The notes under the pieces: model-generated
The model's input: the letters and a program-made list of their open reading frames with translations, nothing else
The model's database searches: none
What the model was told of the DNA's origin: nothing
In this document: in pieces, positions 9,764-18,356 of the stretch
Position numbering within the stretch: position 1 is the stretch's first letter
How the letters are laid out: every line of letters starts with the position of its first letter
Translations under genes and position numbers: made by a program
Assembly: GCA_964633435.1 (NCBI GenBank)
Contig: CAZWHA010000003.1
Coordinates: forward strand, 18,819-82,818
DNA length: 64,000 bases
Direction: 5' to 3'
From: an uncultured Candidatus Saccharibacteria bacterium
GTDB taxonomy: Bacteria; Patescibacteriota; Saccharimonadia; Saccharimonadales; Saccharimonadaceae

Positions 9764-10684
9764 CTATTGATTTGCGTAAATCGTTTCCAGCTTCTTTAGC
9801 ATGGTGTCAACACGCGTTGTCAGGTCGCTGATGTTCTGAACTTTTTTGGTCAGGTCATCGTTGGTTTTAGTCAAGTCGCTGTTCTTTTTGGTCAGGTCAT
9901 CGATCTTGGTCTTGTTTTCGTCAAGGGTCTTTTGCTTGGCTTCGTTTTGCTTGGTTAGCTCGGTGATTTTGTCCTGCAAAGCATCAAACTGTGACGAAGT
10001 TTTATTGTCAGAATCAGAGCTGCTAGCCCCGTTGTTCTGTAGTTCAGCGACCTGAGCCTGGTAAGTTTTAATCTTGCCCTGGTTGGCGTCATTTTGCATG
10101 TAATAGTAGATCGTACCACCAATACCACCCGCGGCCAGCAGGAACAAGATGATACTAGCGATCGAAATGGTAAACTGGCGCGGCGGTTTGTCGTTTTTTG
10201 CGCTAGCTTTGGCGGCCTTGGCAGCGGCCTTTTTATCTTTTTTCGACTGCTTTTTATGGTCGCCTGGCTCATCCGCCGGCAAGGCATCGATGGCAGCGGT
10301 TAGTTGATCAGGCTGATTGGCGCTCGGATCAGGGGCACTGTTTAGGAAATCATCGTTCGTGGCCATGTCGTTGTCACCGAGCAGGGAATCGTCGGTGCTA
10401 GTGACTGGATTGGCAAGAGGACTAGGACTGCCGTAGCCAGTGCCACCAAAGGCGACTCCGGCCGGTGGAGTTTCTGCCACAACTGGGGTTGGTCCATAGC
10501 TAGCAACCGCTGGCGCTGACTGGTTAAACCCTGGTGCCGGGCTGACGCCGTCGAGCATGACGGCTGGCCGAGCTGGCTTGGCCCGTAAATTGTCATTGTC
10601 GGCCATAAAATCATCCGGCGTACTATCTGTCGGCTGCAGAGTAGCTGGCTCTGGTGATACTGGCTCGAAAGGATTACTGTTCAT
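9764..10684 (-). CDS. membrane-anchored coiled-coil protein with a Pro-rich N-terminus, function unknown
   Basis: Single TM (IASIILFLLAAGGIGGTIYYYM) and a C-terminal heptad-like repeat (DDLTKKNSDLTKTNDDLTKK). The same 18-mer occurs at 9843..9860 and 9885..9902. Confidence 0.6.
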   Translation of the reverse strand: MNSNPFEPVSPEPATLQPTDSTPDDFMADNDNLRAKPARPAVMLDGVSPAPGFNQSAPAVASYGPTPVVAETPPAGVAFGGTGYGSPSPLANPVTSTDDSLLGDNDMATNDDFLNSAPDPSANQPDQLTAAIDALPADEPGDHKKQSKKDKKAAAKAAKASAKNDKPPRQFTISIASIILFLLAAGGIGGTIYYYMQNDANQGKIKTYQAQVAELQNNGASSSDSDNKTSSQFDALQDKITELTKQNEAKQKTLDENKTKIDDLTKKNSDLTKTNDDLTKKVQNISDLTTRVDTMLKKLETIYANQ

Positions 10685-10757
10685 TTTCTCCCCACCTTAT
10701 AATAATTTACCTTACTGCTTATGATTCTAACAAAGATCACTGGCCAGCGCAAGCCCC

Positions 10758-10786
10758 TTGACCAACAGGGATGGATTTGCTATGAT
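10758..10786 (+). promoter_or_regulatory. rpsB promoter TTGACC-17-TATGAT
   Basis: TTGACC 10758..10763 and TATGAT 10781..10786, preceded by TG; leaves a 5' UTR of about 80 nt. Confidence 0.65.
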
Positions 10787-10869
10787 GGACGGGTAATAAC
10801 AATTTAGATACAGTTTTCGCGAATACTCCTGAACATTTTAGGCGCGAAAACGAGGCAAAAGGAGTACAT

Positions 10870-11592
10870 ATGCCAGTAGATATCAAGCAACTGTTCGAGG
10901 CCGGCGCGCATTTCGGACACAAAACTAGTCGTTGGAACCCGAAAATGGCGGGTTACATTCACAGTAAACGCGGCGATAGCCACGTTATTAACCTGGAAAA
11001 GACTGTCGAACAGCTGGAAAAGGCTTTGCCATTCATTACCGACGCTGTGTCTCATGGTCGTCAAGTGCTATTTGTCGGTACCAAAAAACAAGCGCGCGAC
11101 ATCGTCGTAACAGCAGCCACGACCGCTGGTCAGCCCTATGTGGCTGAGCGCTGGTTGGGCGGTATGCTGACGAACTCAGCGACGATTCAGTCCCAGATCA
11201 AGAAGCTCAAACTGCTCGAAAAGCGAATGGCTACGGGTGAGCTAGGGAATCGCTACAACAAACTCGAGGTACAGCGGTTCCAAGAGGAAATTGATGCCTT
11301 GAACGTCAAATACGGCGGTATCAAAGATCTAAAGGGCCGCCCGGGCGTACTGTTCGCTGTGGACGGCAAGGGTGATCGTGGGGCTGTCGACGAAGCGATT
11401 AAACTCGGTGTTCCAGTGGTAGCTATTTGTGATACTAACGCTGATCCGACCGGCATTGCCTATCCGATTCCAGCCAATGATGATGCGCTAGCGAGCCTGC
11501 AGGTGATCGCTGATTATGTGGTAGCGGCTGTCAAAGCTGGTGAGAGCGTTGCTGCCAAAAAATCTGACGACGCGACCAAGGAGGATAAATAA
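10870..11592 (+). CDS. rpsB: 30S ribosomal protein S2
   Basis: LFEAGAHFGHKTSRWNPKM N-terminus; SD aaaggag lies upstream. Confidence 0.95.
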   Translation: MPVDIKQLFEAGAHFGHKTSRWNPKMAGYIHSKRGDSHVINLEKTVEQLEKALPFITDAVSHGRQVLFVGTKKQARDIVVTAATTAGQPYVAERWLGGMLTNSATIQSQIKKLKLLEKRMATGELGNRYNKLEVQRFQEEIDALNVKYGGIKDLKGRPGVLFAVDGKGDRGAVDEAIKLGVPVVAICDTNADPTGIAYPIPANDDALASLQVIADYVVAAVKAGESVAAKKSDDATKEDK

Positions 11593-12201
11593 ATGGCCAT
11601 TTCACTCGATGAAATCAAGAAATTAAAGGAATTAACCGGTGTTGGGTTGACCGATGCCAAGAAAGCTCTGGTCGAGGCCGAGGGTGATTTTGACAAGGCT
11701 CTCGCGGCGATGCGTGAAAAAGGGCTGACCAAGGCTGAAAAACGCGGCGAACGCGAAGCCCGCGAAGGCATCATTGAATCGTATGTGCACAGCGGTCGTA
11801 TCGGCGTTCTAGTGGAACTGAACTGTGAAACTGATTTCGTAGCTCGGACCGAGGATTTCAAAAACTTGGCTCACGATATTGCGCTGCAAATTGCGGCCAT
11901 GTCACCAAAATGGGTGTCGGATAATGATATTCCAGAGGCCGAAATCACGCGCAAGAAAGACGAACTAGTTGCTGCGGCCCAGGCTGATCCGAAAAATGCC
12001 AGCAAACCTGCTGATGTCCTCGACAAAATCATTGATGGCCAGTTGAAAAAGTACTTTGACGAACTGGTATTGGTGCATCAGCCGTTTTGGAAAGACGACT
12101 CGCAGACGATTGGCGATCTGGTAAAGGAACATATTGCCAAACTTGGTGAAAATATTGTTGTTCGCCAGTTCCGTCGCATCGAGCTCGGCGTCAGCGAATA
12201 A
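11593..12201 (+). CDS. tsf: elongation factor Ts (short form)
   Basis: LKELTGVGLTDAKKALVEAEGDFDKALAAMREKG UBA-like N-terminus; follows rpsB. Confidence 0.9.
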   Translation: MAISLDEIKKLKELTGVGLTDAKKALVEAEGDFDKALAAMREKGLTKAEKRGEREAREGIIESYVHSGRIGVLVELNCETDFVARTEDFKNLAHDIALQIAAMSPKWVSDNDIPEAEITRKKDELVAAAQADPKNASKPADVLDKIIDGQLKKYFDELVLVHQPFWKDDSQTIGDLVKEHIAKLGENIVVRQFRRIELGVSE

Positions 12202-12292
12202 TCCTAGCGCTAGTAGAGCGTAGCTATTCGACATCATACCCCTTCCTCCCAGGAGGGGTTTATTGGTATGAGCATGGTATAATAGAGCCACT

Positions 12293-12844
12293 ATGGATAC
12301 CAGCATATACGAACAGAAGTTTGCGGCCGCGGTGGCGCACTTCGCCGAGGAGATCAAGAAAATTCGCACTGGTCGCGCCCACCCAGATATGTTGGACGGC
12401 ATCATGGTCGAGGTCTACGGTGCTAAAATGCCGCTGAACCAGGTCGCTAGTGTATCAGCACCTGAGCCACAGCAAATTCTCGTAACGCCATTTGATCCGT
12501 CGAATGTCGCGGCAATTTCAAATGCGATTCGTAACGAAGTCAGTCTCGGTTTTAACCCGTCCGACGATGGCCGCAATGTGCGCGTGCCGATTCCAGCCCT
12601 TAACGAAGAGCGCCGTCGCGATATCGTGAAATCGCTCGGTGGCAAGGTAGAGGAAACTCGCGTGACGTTGCGTAACATTCGCGAAGATGCCCGCAAAAGT
12701 GCCAAAGTCAAAAAAGACGCCAAAGAGCTCAGCGAGGATGACCTGAAGCGCATCGAAAAGGCGATTGATGACGAAGTTACCAAAAACAACGCCAAAATCG
12801 ACGAACTGGCCCGCGACAAAGAAACCGAAATTATGAAGGTATAG
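12293..12844 (+). CDS. frr: ribosome recycling factor
   Basis: EEIKKIRTGRAHPDMLDGIMVEVYGAKMPLNQVASVS; 183 aa. Confidence 0.95.
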   Translation: MDTSIYEQKFAAAVAHFAEEIKKIRTGRAHPDMLDGIMVEVYGAKMPLNQVASVSAPEPQQILVTPFDPSNVAAISNAIRNEVSLGFNPSDDGRNVRVPIPALNEERRRDIVKSLGGKVEETRVTLRNIREDARKSAKVKKDAKELSEDDLKRIEKAIDDEVTKNNAKIDELARDKETEIMKV

Positions 12845-12889
12845 ATTGAAAGCGCCTAACCTGAGTACACCCGGGCCTCAGCCGGATCA

Positions 12890-12899
12890 GGGGGGGGGG
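12890..12899 (+). repeat. poly-G tract, G10, intergenic, occupying the -35/spacer position upstream of TATAAT 12913..12918
   Basis: Counted directly: g12890-g12899, t12900. Confidence 0.95.
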
Positions 12900-12951
12900 T
12901 TCTGGTCGTAATTATAATCTAGCTGGAGACGCAGAGTTTTATGATGACTGG

Positions 12952-13365
12952 ATGCGAACAGCGCTAGATACTGGCTTTGCTACGGATACCGTTCGATTAT
13001 TGGTGAATTCGATAGAGCATCTGAGCGCATCAGTATCCGACTATCATAGTACCGCACTCAATGAACATGCAAGTGGTGCGCGGGAACACATTCTGCTAGC
13101 TATTGCGCAGATTAGAGCTTCAATCGAAAGTATGACACGCGAGACCGTTGACGAACTGAATCGAGCTCTGGAATTTTTTGGTGATCAGATACCGCCGATT
13201 GCTATCAGAGTTGAACCAAATAAAAATAATGATGACAAGGGCGTGCGTCGGGTTGAAGGCTTTTTCGCAGATGGTTTAGTGATAGGCCCCATTGTTAATG
13301 GTCAGCCGTATGACGACTTCGTGTTAGAGGTCTTGCCACCCGGGCTCGATGTTGACGACGAATAA
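12952..13365 (+). CDS. hypothetical protein
   Basis: 137 aa ORF with coding-like composition; no family recognised. Confidence 0.5.
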   Translation: MRTALDTGFATDTVRLLVNSIEHLSASVSDYHSTALNEHASGAREHILLAIAQIRASIESMTRETVDELNRALEFFGDQIPPIAIRVEPNKNNDDKGVRRVEGFFADGLVIGPIVNGQPYDDFVLEVLPPGLDVDDE

Positions 13366-13470
13366 ATTCGTTTCATGACGCTAATGCTTGCGATGGAGTT
13401 GACTTTTTGATTAAAGTGTGCTAAACTATAAATCAGTTCGTTAATTAAAAAACTAAAAAAGGAAACAACG

Positions 13471-13998
13471 ATGACGCACGAAACCTCAAACCTTAGAGAA
13501 GTAAACCAAGATGATATGTGGTTAGAAAACCCTTGGGATGTTTTAGCAAAAGTTAAGGATTCTAATCCAGACGACCTTATCGGTAATCCATGGGGGGGGG
13601 CGTTAGGTAAGGTTGCGGATCGAAAAGAACTGCGCATGAAGGCCGATATGGTTGATGCAGTTCTGGGCGCTGCCGGTGATGACCACAAAGCACGCGCTGG
13701 CTATGACGCCCTATCTTTAGGTGATAAAGAAGGCTTCGCTATGATGTTGGCCAGTACGAGCAATAGCTTGCTGAGGGGATCGAATAATGGTAATACATTA
13801 AATATGATGGCCCATCTCAATGCATATTCTACAGCTCAGGGTGCTTTGCGGGCTGCATATGCTGCAAAACATGGCAAGACTTCATGGGGGCGTCAGATGG
13901 CCCAACGAAGGCATGAACGAAAAATGAAGAAGCTCGAGAATACCTATCTTAAATACGGTGGTACGGATAGAGCTGCACACCTAACTGTTAGAAAGTAA
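13471..13998 (+). CDS. hypothetical protein with a duplicated NPW motif
   Basis: 175 aa ORF. TTGACT-17-TAAACT promoter near 13400 and SD aaaaggaaac. Internal repeat ENPWDVLAKVKD / GNPWGGALGKVAD. Confidence 0.55.
   Translation: MTHETSNLREVNQDDMWLENPWDVLAKVKDSNPDDLIGNPWGGALGKVADRKELRMKADMVDAVLGAAGDDHKARAGYDALSLGDKEGFAMMLASTSNSLLRGSNNGNTLNMMAHLNAYSTAQGALRAAYAAKHGKTSWGRQMAQRRHERKMKKLENTYLKYGGTDRAAHLTVRK
13592..13600 (+). repeat. poly-G tract, G9, in frame (tgg ggg ggg gcg = W-G-G-A)
   Basis: Counted directly: t13591, g13592-g13600, c13601. Confidence 0.95.
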
Positions 13999-14089
13999 TT
14001 GACTGACTCTACATAAGAATAGCCCTGAACTCGGGGCTATTTTGTTATGGTATAATAGTTTTGCTTTAATTGAGAGGGGAAACAGAACT

Positions 14090-15259
14090 GTGGAGTGGTA
14101 TCAAATTGTCCTAGGAGTGATTGTTGGTTTAATTTTGCTGATGATTCTGGTCATCATTCACGAGCTGGGTCATGCGATTGCGGCGGTCCGTAATGGCGTC
14201 AAAGTCGAAGAGTTCGGTATTGGCTTCCCGCCGCGAGCGAGAATCCTCGGCAAATACAAAGGTACACTCATTACGATTAACTGGCTGTTACCGCTGGGCG
14301 GCTTTTGTCAATTAAAGGGCGAGAGTGACGCTGATAATGAAAAGGGTAGTTTCGGCGCGGCCAGTTTCTGGGCGAAAACCAAGATTTTGCTGGCAGGCGT
14401 ACTGATGAATTTGATTGCTGCGATGGCAATCTTTACCATTTTGGCCTGGACGGGGCTGCCCAAGGTCCTGCCGGACCAATTTGTGATTGCTGGCGATGAT
14501 CGCGGAAGCAGTGGCATCGTGGCGGTGGCAGGCATTATTTCGGGCTCGCCCGCTGAAAAAGCCGGTCTGCAAAAGGGCGATGAGTTGCGCCTGATTGCAC
14601 CCGATGACGGCAGTTCGGCGGGTAACGCGATTGAGCTGGTTACGCAAGTTTCAGAGGTGACCAGGGCTAATGCTGGTCGATCGGTTATGATTGAATATCA
14701 ACGCGATGGCACTACTCACATTGCGCATACCACGCTGAACCCGGCGGGTGGATCACAGGGATACCTGGGTGTTCAGACGGTGCAACAGCAATATGCCGAT
14801 GTCAAGGCCACCTGGAGTGCGCCGATTGTTGGTGTGGTCACGACATTGCAATTTGTCGGTGCAACATTTGCGGGCCTGGGTGATATGGTCGGTAATCTAG
14901 CGAGTGGATTGTGGGGTTTTGTGACTGGCAACGCAGCGACAACGCAAAAAATTGCGGCAGCGGGTGAATCGGTTGCGGGACCAGTTAGCATCCTCGGCGT
15001 GATTTTCCCCAGTGCGCTGGCTGCAGGACCAACTCAATTATTCTGGTTAATGGGAATTATCTCGCTCACCCTAACGGTTATGAACGTTTTGCCAATCCCG
15101 GGACTCGACGGTGGACGCTGGTATTTACTAGCCGGATCGAAACTCTTTCGTAAAAAACTGACCAAAGAACGCGAGGCGAAAATCAACGGCATTGGTATGC
15201 TGGTGCTGTTCGGCCTAATTATCATCATAACGATTTCGGATATCTTTAAGCTATTCTGA
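14090..15259 (+). CDS. rseP: RIP metalloprotease RseP/RasP (site-2 protease, M50)
   Basis: HELGHAIAA (HExxH), a PDZ-like middle (GSPAEKAGLQKGDEL) and LPIPGLDGG. GTG 14090 follows SD gagagggg; the track start 14042 lies inside the promoter. Confidence 0.85.
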   Translation: MEWYQIVLGVIVGLILLMILVIIHELGHAIAAVRNGVKVEEFGIGFPPRARILGKYKGTLITINWLLPLGGFCQLKGESDADNEKGSFGAASFWAKTKILLAGVLMNLIAAMAIFTILAWTGLPKVLPDQFVIAGDDRGSSGIVAVAGIISGSPAEKAGLQKGDELRLIAPDDGSSAGNAIELVTQVSEVTRANAGRSVMIEYQRDGTTHIAHTTLNPAGGSQGYLGVQTVQQQYADVKATWSAPIVGVVTTLQFVGATFAGLGDMVGNLASGLWGFVTGNAATTQKIAAAGESVAGPVSILGVIFPSALAAGPTQLFWLMGIISLTLTVMNVLPIPGLDGGRWYLLAGSKLFRKKLTKEREAKINGIGMLVLFGLIIIITISDIFKLF

Positions 15260-16041
15260 TGACTAGAAACAAGCCGTCGAGCCTGGCAACCTTAGTGTCT
15301 AATCGTTACGCCATAGTAGCTGGTTGGATAGGCTGGGTGACCTTAGCGTTTTTCGGAGCGAGTTTCGTCGTGGTGTCGCTGCTCTATTTCATGAATCGGT
15401 ATCAGCTGATCGATATGAATAACCTCAGTACGGCGGCGTCGTTTTGGATCGACGCGATGTTATATATGGCGATGTTTTTCATTGTGATGTGGCTACCGTG
15501 GTATCGCTGGCGCAATCGGGCGCCCAAATCAGATCGCCAAACTACCTGGCAGTTTATTTGCCAGAGCGTCGGTCTGACGCGGTTGGTGAAAATGATTGAT
15601 CTGCGATATTTTTTCGCTGGGTTGCCAGTTTTTTACGGACTGGTACTCAGTCTGTCGTTAGTGGCATCAATGCTACTCAGTAACGAAGTAATGAACCAGA
15701 CCCAGGAAATCGGTTTTGCCGCGACACAGAACGGGGTCGAACTGGTCATCATTTTTGTCGCGCTGGTCATTATCGCGCCGCTGTTCGAGGAAATGATCAT
15801 GCGCGGCTTTTTATTTGGCAAGCTGCGCCAGCATATACCGATGTGGCCCGCGGCGATTCTGGTATCGTTGCTGTTTGCGCTGGCGCATGGCCAAATTAAT
15901 GTCGGTATCATGACTTTTATTTTGTCGATGTTTAGTTGTCGTATGCGCGAGAAAACTGGGGCAATTTGGGCGGGACTATTTCTGCACATGACCGTGAATC
16001 TGGTGGCGTACAGCGTGCGATTTCTGGGTCTGGGGTCGTAG
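15259..16041 (+). CDS. CPBP (CAAX/Abi) family intramembrane metalloprotease
   Basis: EEMIMRGFLFG (EExxxR), FALAHG (FxxxH) and HMTVN motifs in a multi-TM protein. Confidence 0.8.
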   Translation: MTRNKPSSLATLVSNRYAIVAGWIGWVTLAFFGASFVVVSLLYFMNRYQLIDMNNLSTAASFWIDAMLYMAMFFIVMWLPWYRWRNRAPKSDRQTTWQFICQSVGLTRLVKMIDLRYFFAGLPVFYGLVLSLSLVASMLLSNEVMNQTQEIGFAATQNGVELVIIFVALVIIAPLFEEMIMRGFLFGKLRQHIPMWPAAILVSLLFALAHGQINVGIMTFILSMFSCRMREKTGAIWAGLFLHMTVNLVAYSVRFLGLGS

Positions 16042-16053
16042 CGTCGTCTGAAG

Positions 16054-16524
16054 CTACTCTTCGTGGCCGAGAGCTTGGTTGATCCGGGACGAGGAGTCGG
16101 GCTTTACTAGACCGCGAACGTCGGTGCCGACACCAAATACCATTTTAATGCCTTTTTCGATGCACATATCGCCCTCTGGTCCGGGCAGTCTGCCTCGATC
16201 TGATCGATCGCCGCCATTGGCAAAGATTAATTCGTTGTCAGGGGGGGGGTACTTGTTGGCGACTAGCTCGAGAGTTTTTGTGCTCGGCCAGTGATTACCG
16301 GCCGGGTCAATGCCGATAATAACCTCATCAACACCGCGTAGAGCCGCCATTAGTCGTGCCCGATTATCCTGATCCAGGATGATTTTACCTTTCTTTTCCA
16401 ACTGCTGCTCATCGTTATTAACCAAAACGATCAGATAATCGCCGAGCTGCCGTGCGGCCTCGATCATGTCCAAATGTCCACCATGCAGTGGGTTGAAAAA
16501 ACCGCTAACGATCACGCGTTTCAT
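16054..16524 (-). CDS. cytidylyltransferase-like (HxGH) nucleotidyltransferase, TagD/RfaE-domain-II-like
   Basis: VSGFFNPLHGGHLDMIEAARQLGDYLIVLVNND carries the HxGH motif; 156 aa. Confidence 0.75.
   Translation of the reverse strand: MKRVIVSGFFNPLHGGHLDMIEAARQLGDYLIVLVNNDEQQLEKKGKIILDQDNRARLMAALRGVDEVIIGIDPAGNHWPSTKTLELVANKYPPPDNELIFANGGDRSDRGRLPGPEGDMCIEKGIKMVFGVGTDVRGLVKPDSSSRINQALGHEE
16241..16249 (+). repeat. poly-G tract, G9 (C9 on the coding strand, in frame, encodes Y-P-P-P)
   Basis: Counted directly: a16240, g16241-g16249, t16250. Confidence 0.95.
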
Positions 16525-16563
16525 AGCCCCAGTATACCATTTCTGTGCTATAATGTCTCTATT

Positions 16564-17820
16564 ATGAGAGCAACCGAATTATTTACGAGGACGAGCAAAA
16601 CTGCACCTGCCGACGAGGTAGCGAAAAATGCCCAGCTGCTGATTAGAGCAGGGTTTGTGTACAAGGAAATGGCGGGGGCGTACGCCTATTTGCCGCTCGG
16701 TCTGCGCGTGCTCGAAAAGATCAAACAGATCGTGCGCGAGGAAATGAATGCGGTTCGTTCAAATGAGCTCATTATGACTACCTTGCAGCGCAAGAATATC
16801 TGGGAGAAAACAACTCGCTGGGATGACAATGTGGTGGATATTTGGTTCAAAACGAAACTCAAAGATGACACCGAGGTGGGTCTTGGCTGGAGTCACGAAG
16901 AGCCAATTGTCGAAATGATGAAGCAATTCGTCCATAGTTATAAGGATCTGCCGGTTAGTCTGTATCAATTTCAGACTAAAATGCGTAACGAGCTGCGTGC
17001 GAAAAGTGGTGTTATGCGTGGTCGTGAGTTTGTGATGAAAGACATGTACAGTTTTCATGCTACTCGCGAGGATCTCGACACGTACTATAACGAAACGATA
17101 GAGGCATACAAGCGAGTATACGATCGACTGGGGATCGGTAACGACACGTATGTGACCTTTGCGAGTGGCGGAGCATTTACTAAATTTAGCCACGAATTTC
17201 AAACGATTTGTGAGGCTGGTGAAGATGTTATTTACCTGCATCGGGAAAAGAATATAGCGATCAACGAAGAAGTCATCGATGATGCGATCAAGGAACTTGG
17301 CGTTAATCGCGATGAGCTTGAAAAAGTGAAAACAGCCGAAGTGGGCAACATCTTCAACTTTGGTACGCAAAAAACTGACGAGATGGACCTCTATTATGTT
17401 GACGAAAATGATCAACAGCAGTCGCTCTACATCGGCTCATATGGGATTGGCGTAACGCGTGTTATGGGCGTGATTGCCGAGAAATCGAGTGATGAACGCG
17501 GTCTGATTTGGCCAGAGAGCATCGCGCCATTTCGAGTGTATTTAGTGCAGATTGGTGATGATGCAGCGGTGAAGACTGCCGCCGAGGAACTGTACCGGGA
17601 ACTAGAAAGCCGCGGTGTTGAGACCTTTTACGATGAACGAACCGATGCACGTCCGGGCGAAAAATTCGCCGATGCTGACCTGATCGGTATTCCGCACCGT
17701 GTGGTGATTAGTCCCAAGACCTTGGCCGAAAACAAGATCGAATACAAGGCTCGAACTGCTGACCAGAGCGCGATCTTGACCAGGGATGAGTTGTTTGCTA
17801 CACTAGGCACTACTGCCTAG
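16564..17820 (+). CDS. proS: prolyl-tRNA synthetase (short form, no large INS editing domain)
   Basis: MRATELFTRTSKTAPADEVAKNAQLLIRAGFV N-terminus with class II motifs. ATG 16564 follows TGCTATAAT; the track start 16474 overlaps the neighbouring gene. Confidence 0.9.
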   Translation: MRATELFTRTSKTAPADEVAKNAQLLIRAGFVYKEMAGAYAYLPLGLRVLEKIKQIVREEMNAVRSNELIMTTLQRKNIWEKTTRWDDNVVDIWFKTKLKDDTEVGLGWSHEEPIVEMMKQFVHSYKDLPVSLYQFQTKMRNELRAKSGVMRGREFVMKDMYSFHATREDLDTYYNETIEAYKRVYDRLGIGNDTYVTFASGGAFTKFSHEFQTICEAGEDVIYLHREKNIAINEEVIDDAIKELGVNRDELEKVKTAEVGNIFNFGTQKTDEMDLYYVDENDQQQSLYIGSYGIGVTRVMGVIAEKSSDERGLIWPESIAPFRVYLVQIGDDAAVKTAAEELYRELESRGVETFYDERTDARPGEKFADADLIGIPHRVVISPKTLAENKIEYKARTADQSAILTRDELFATLGTTA

Positions 17821-17859
17821 ACTGAGGCGTAACTTCTATAGATTAAAGGAGGGTTTGAT

Positions 17860-18321
17860 ATGGCAAAGAAGCAATATGATTTGACACTACATGGCAAGCG
17901 TGAGCTAGAGAACGAACTGAAAGATTTGGTTGGTAGTCGCAGCGCGATTGCTGATCGTATCGCCGAGGCGCGGTCGTTTGGTGATCTGAGCGAAAATGCT
18001 GAATACTCAGCTGCCCGCGAGGAACAGGCTCGCGTCGAGAGTCGCATTGCCGAGATCGAGGAGATTCTATCGAGTGCCGAAATTATCGAGGCTGACAAAA
18101 CCGATGGCGAAGTGGGTCTCGGTGACACTGTGGTGTTGAAATCAGGTCGATCGACAAATGAATATATCCTTGTTGGTGCGGTTGAGGCCGATCCAGCGAG
18201 CGGCAAGATCAGCAATGAAAGCCCGCTCGGGGCACAGCTGATTGGCAAAAAAGTTGGCGACAAGGTCGCTATCGAAACACCAAAGGGCGAGAAATCTTTT
18301 GAAATCCTTGAAATTAAATAA
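17860..18321 (+). CDS. greA: transcription elongation factor GreA
   Basis: FGDLSENAEYSAAREEQ coiled-coil tip motif; 153 aa; SD aaggagg. Confidence 0.9.
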   Translation: MAKKQYDLTLHGKRELENELKDLVGSRSAIADRIAEARSFGDLSENAEYSAAREEQARVESRIAEIEEILSSAEIIEADKTDGEVGLGDTVVLKSGRSTNEYILVGAVEADPASGKISNESPLGAQLIGKKVGDKVAIETPKGEKSFEILEIK

Positions 18322-18356
18322 TTGACACGTAGACAGTTTATGATAAAATATCTGTC

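Noticed and set aside
12202-12292. A missing pyrH between tsf and frr as a sign of misassembly.
   Set aside because: The 91 nt gap contains a terminator-like hairpin (ccccttcctcccaggagggg + TTTATT) and a TGGTATAAT promoter for frr. It therefore looks like a genuine compact intergenic region.
16474-16563. Upstream extension of proS, with similar extended track starts for murG (61402), ftsL (57001), pheA (51339), the Fur-family gene (19326), rseP (14042) and the response regulator (36105).
   Set aside because: The extensions overlap neighbouring genes or promoters and add non-homologous residues. Internal starts sit behind recognisable -10 or SD elements.
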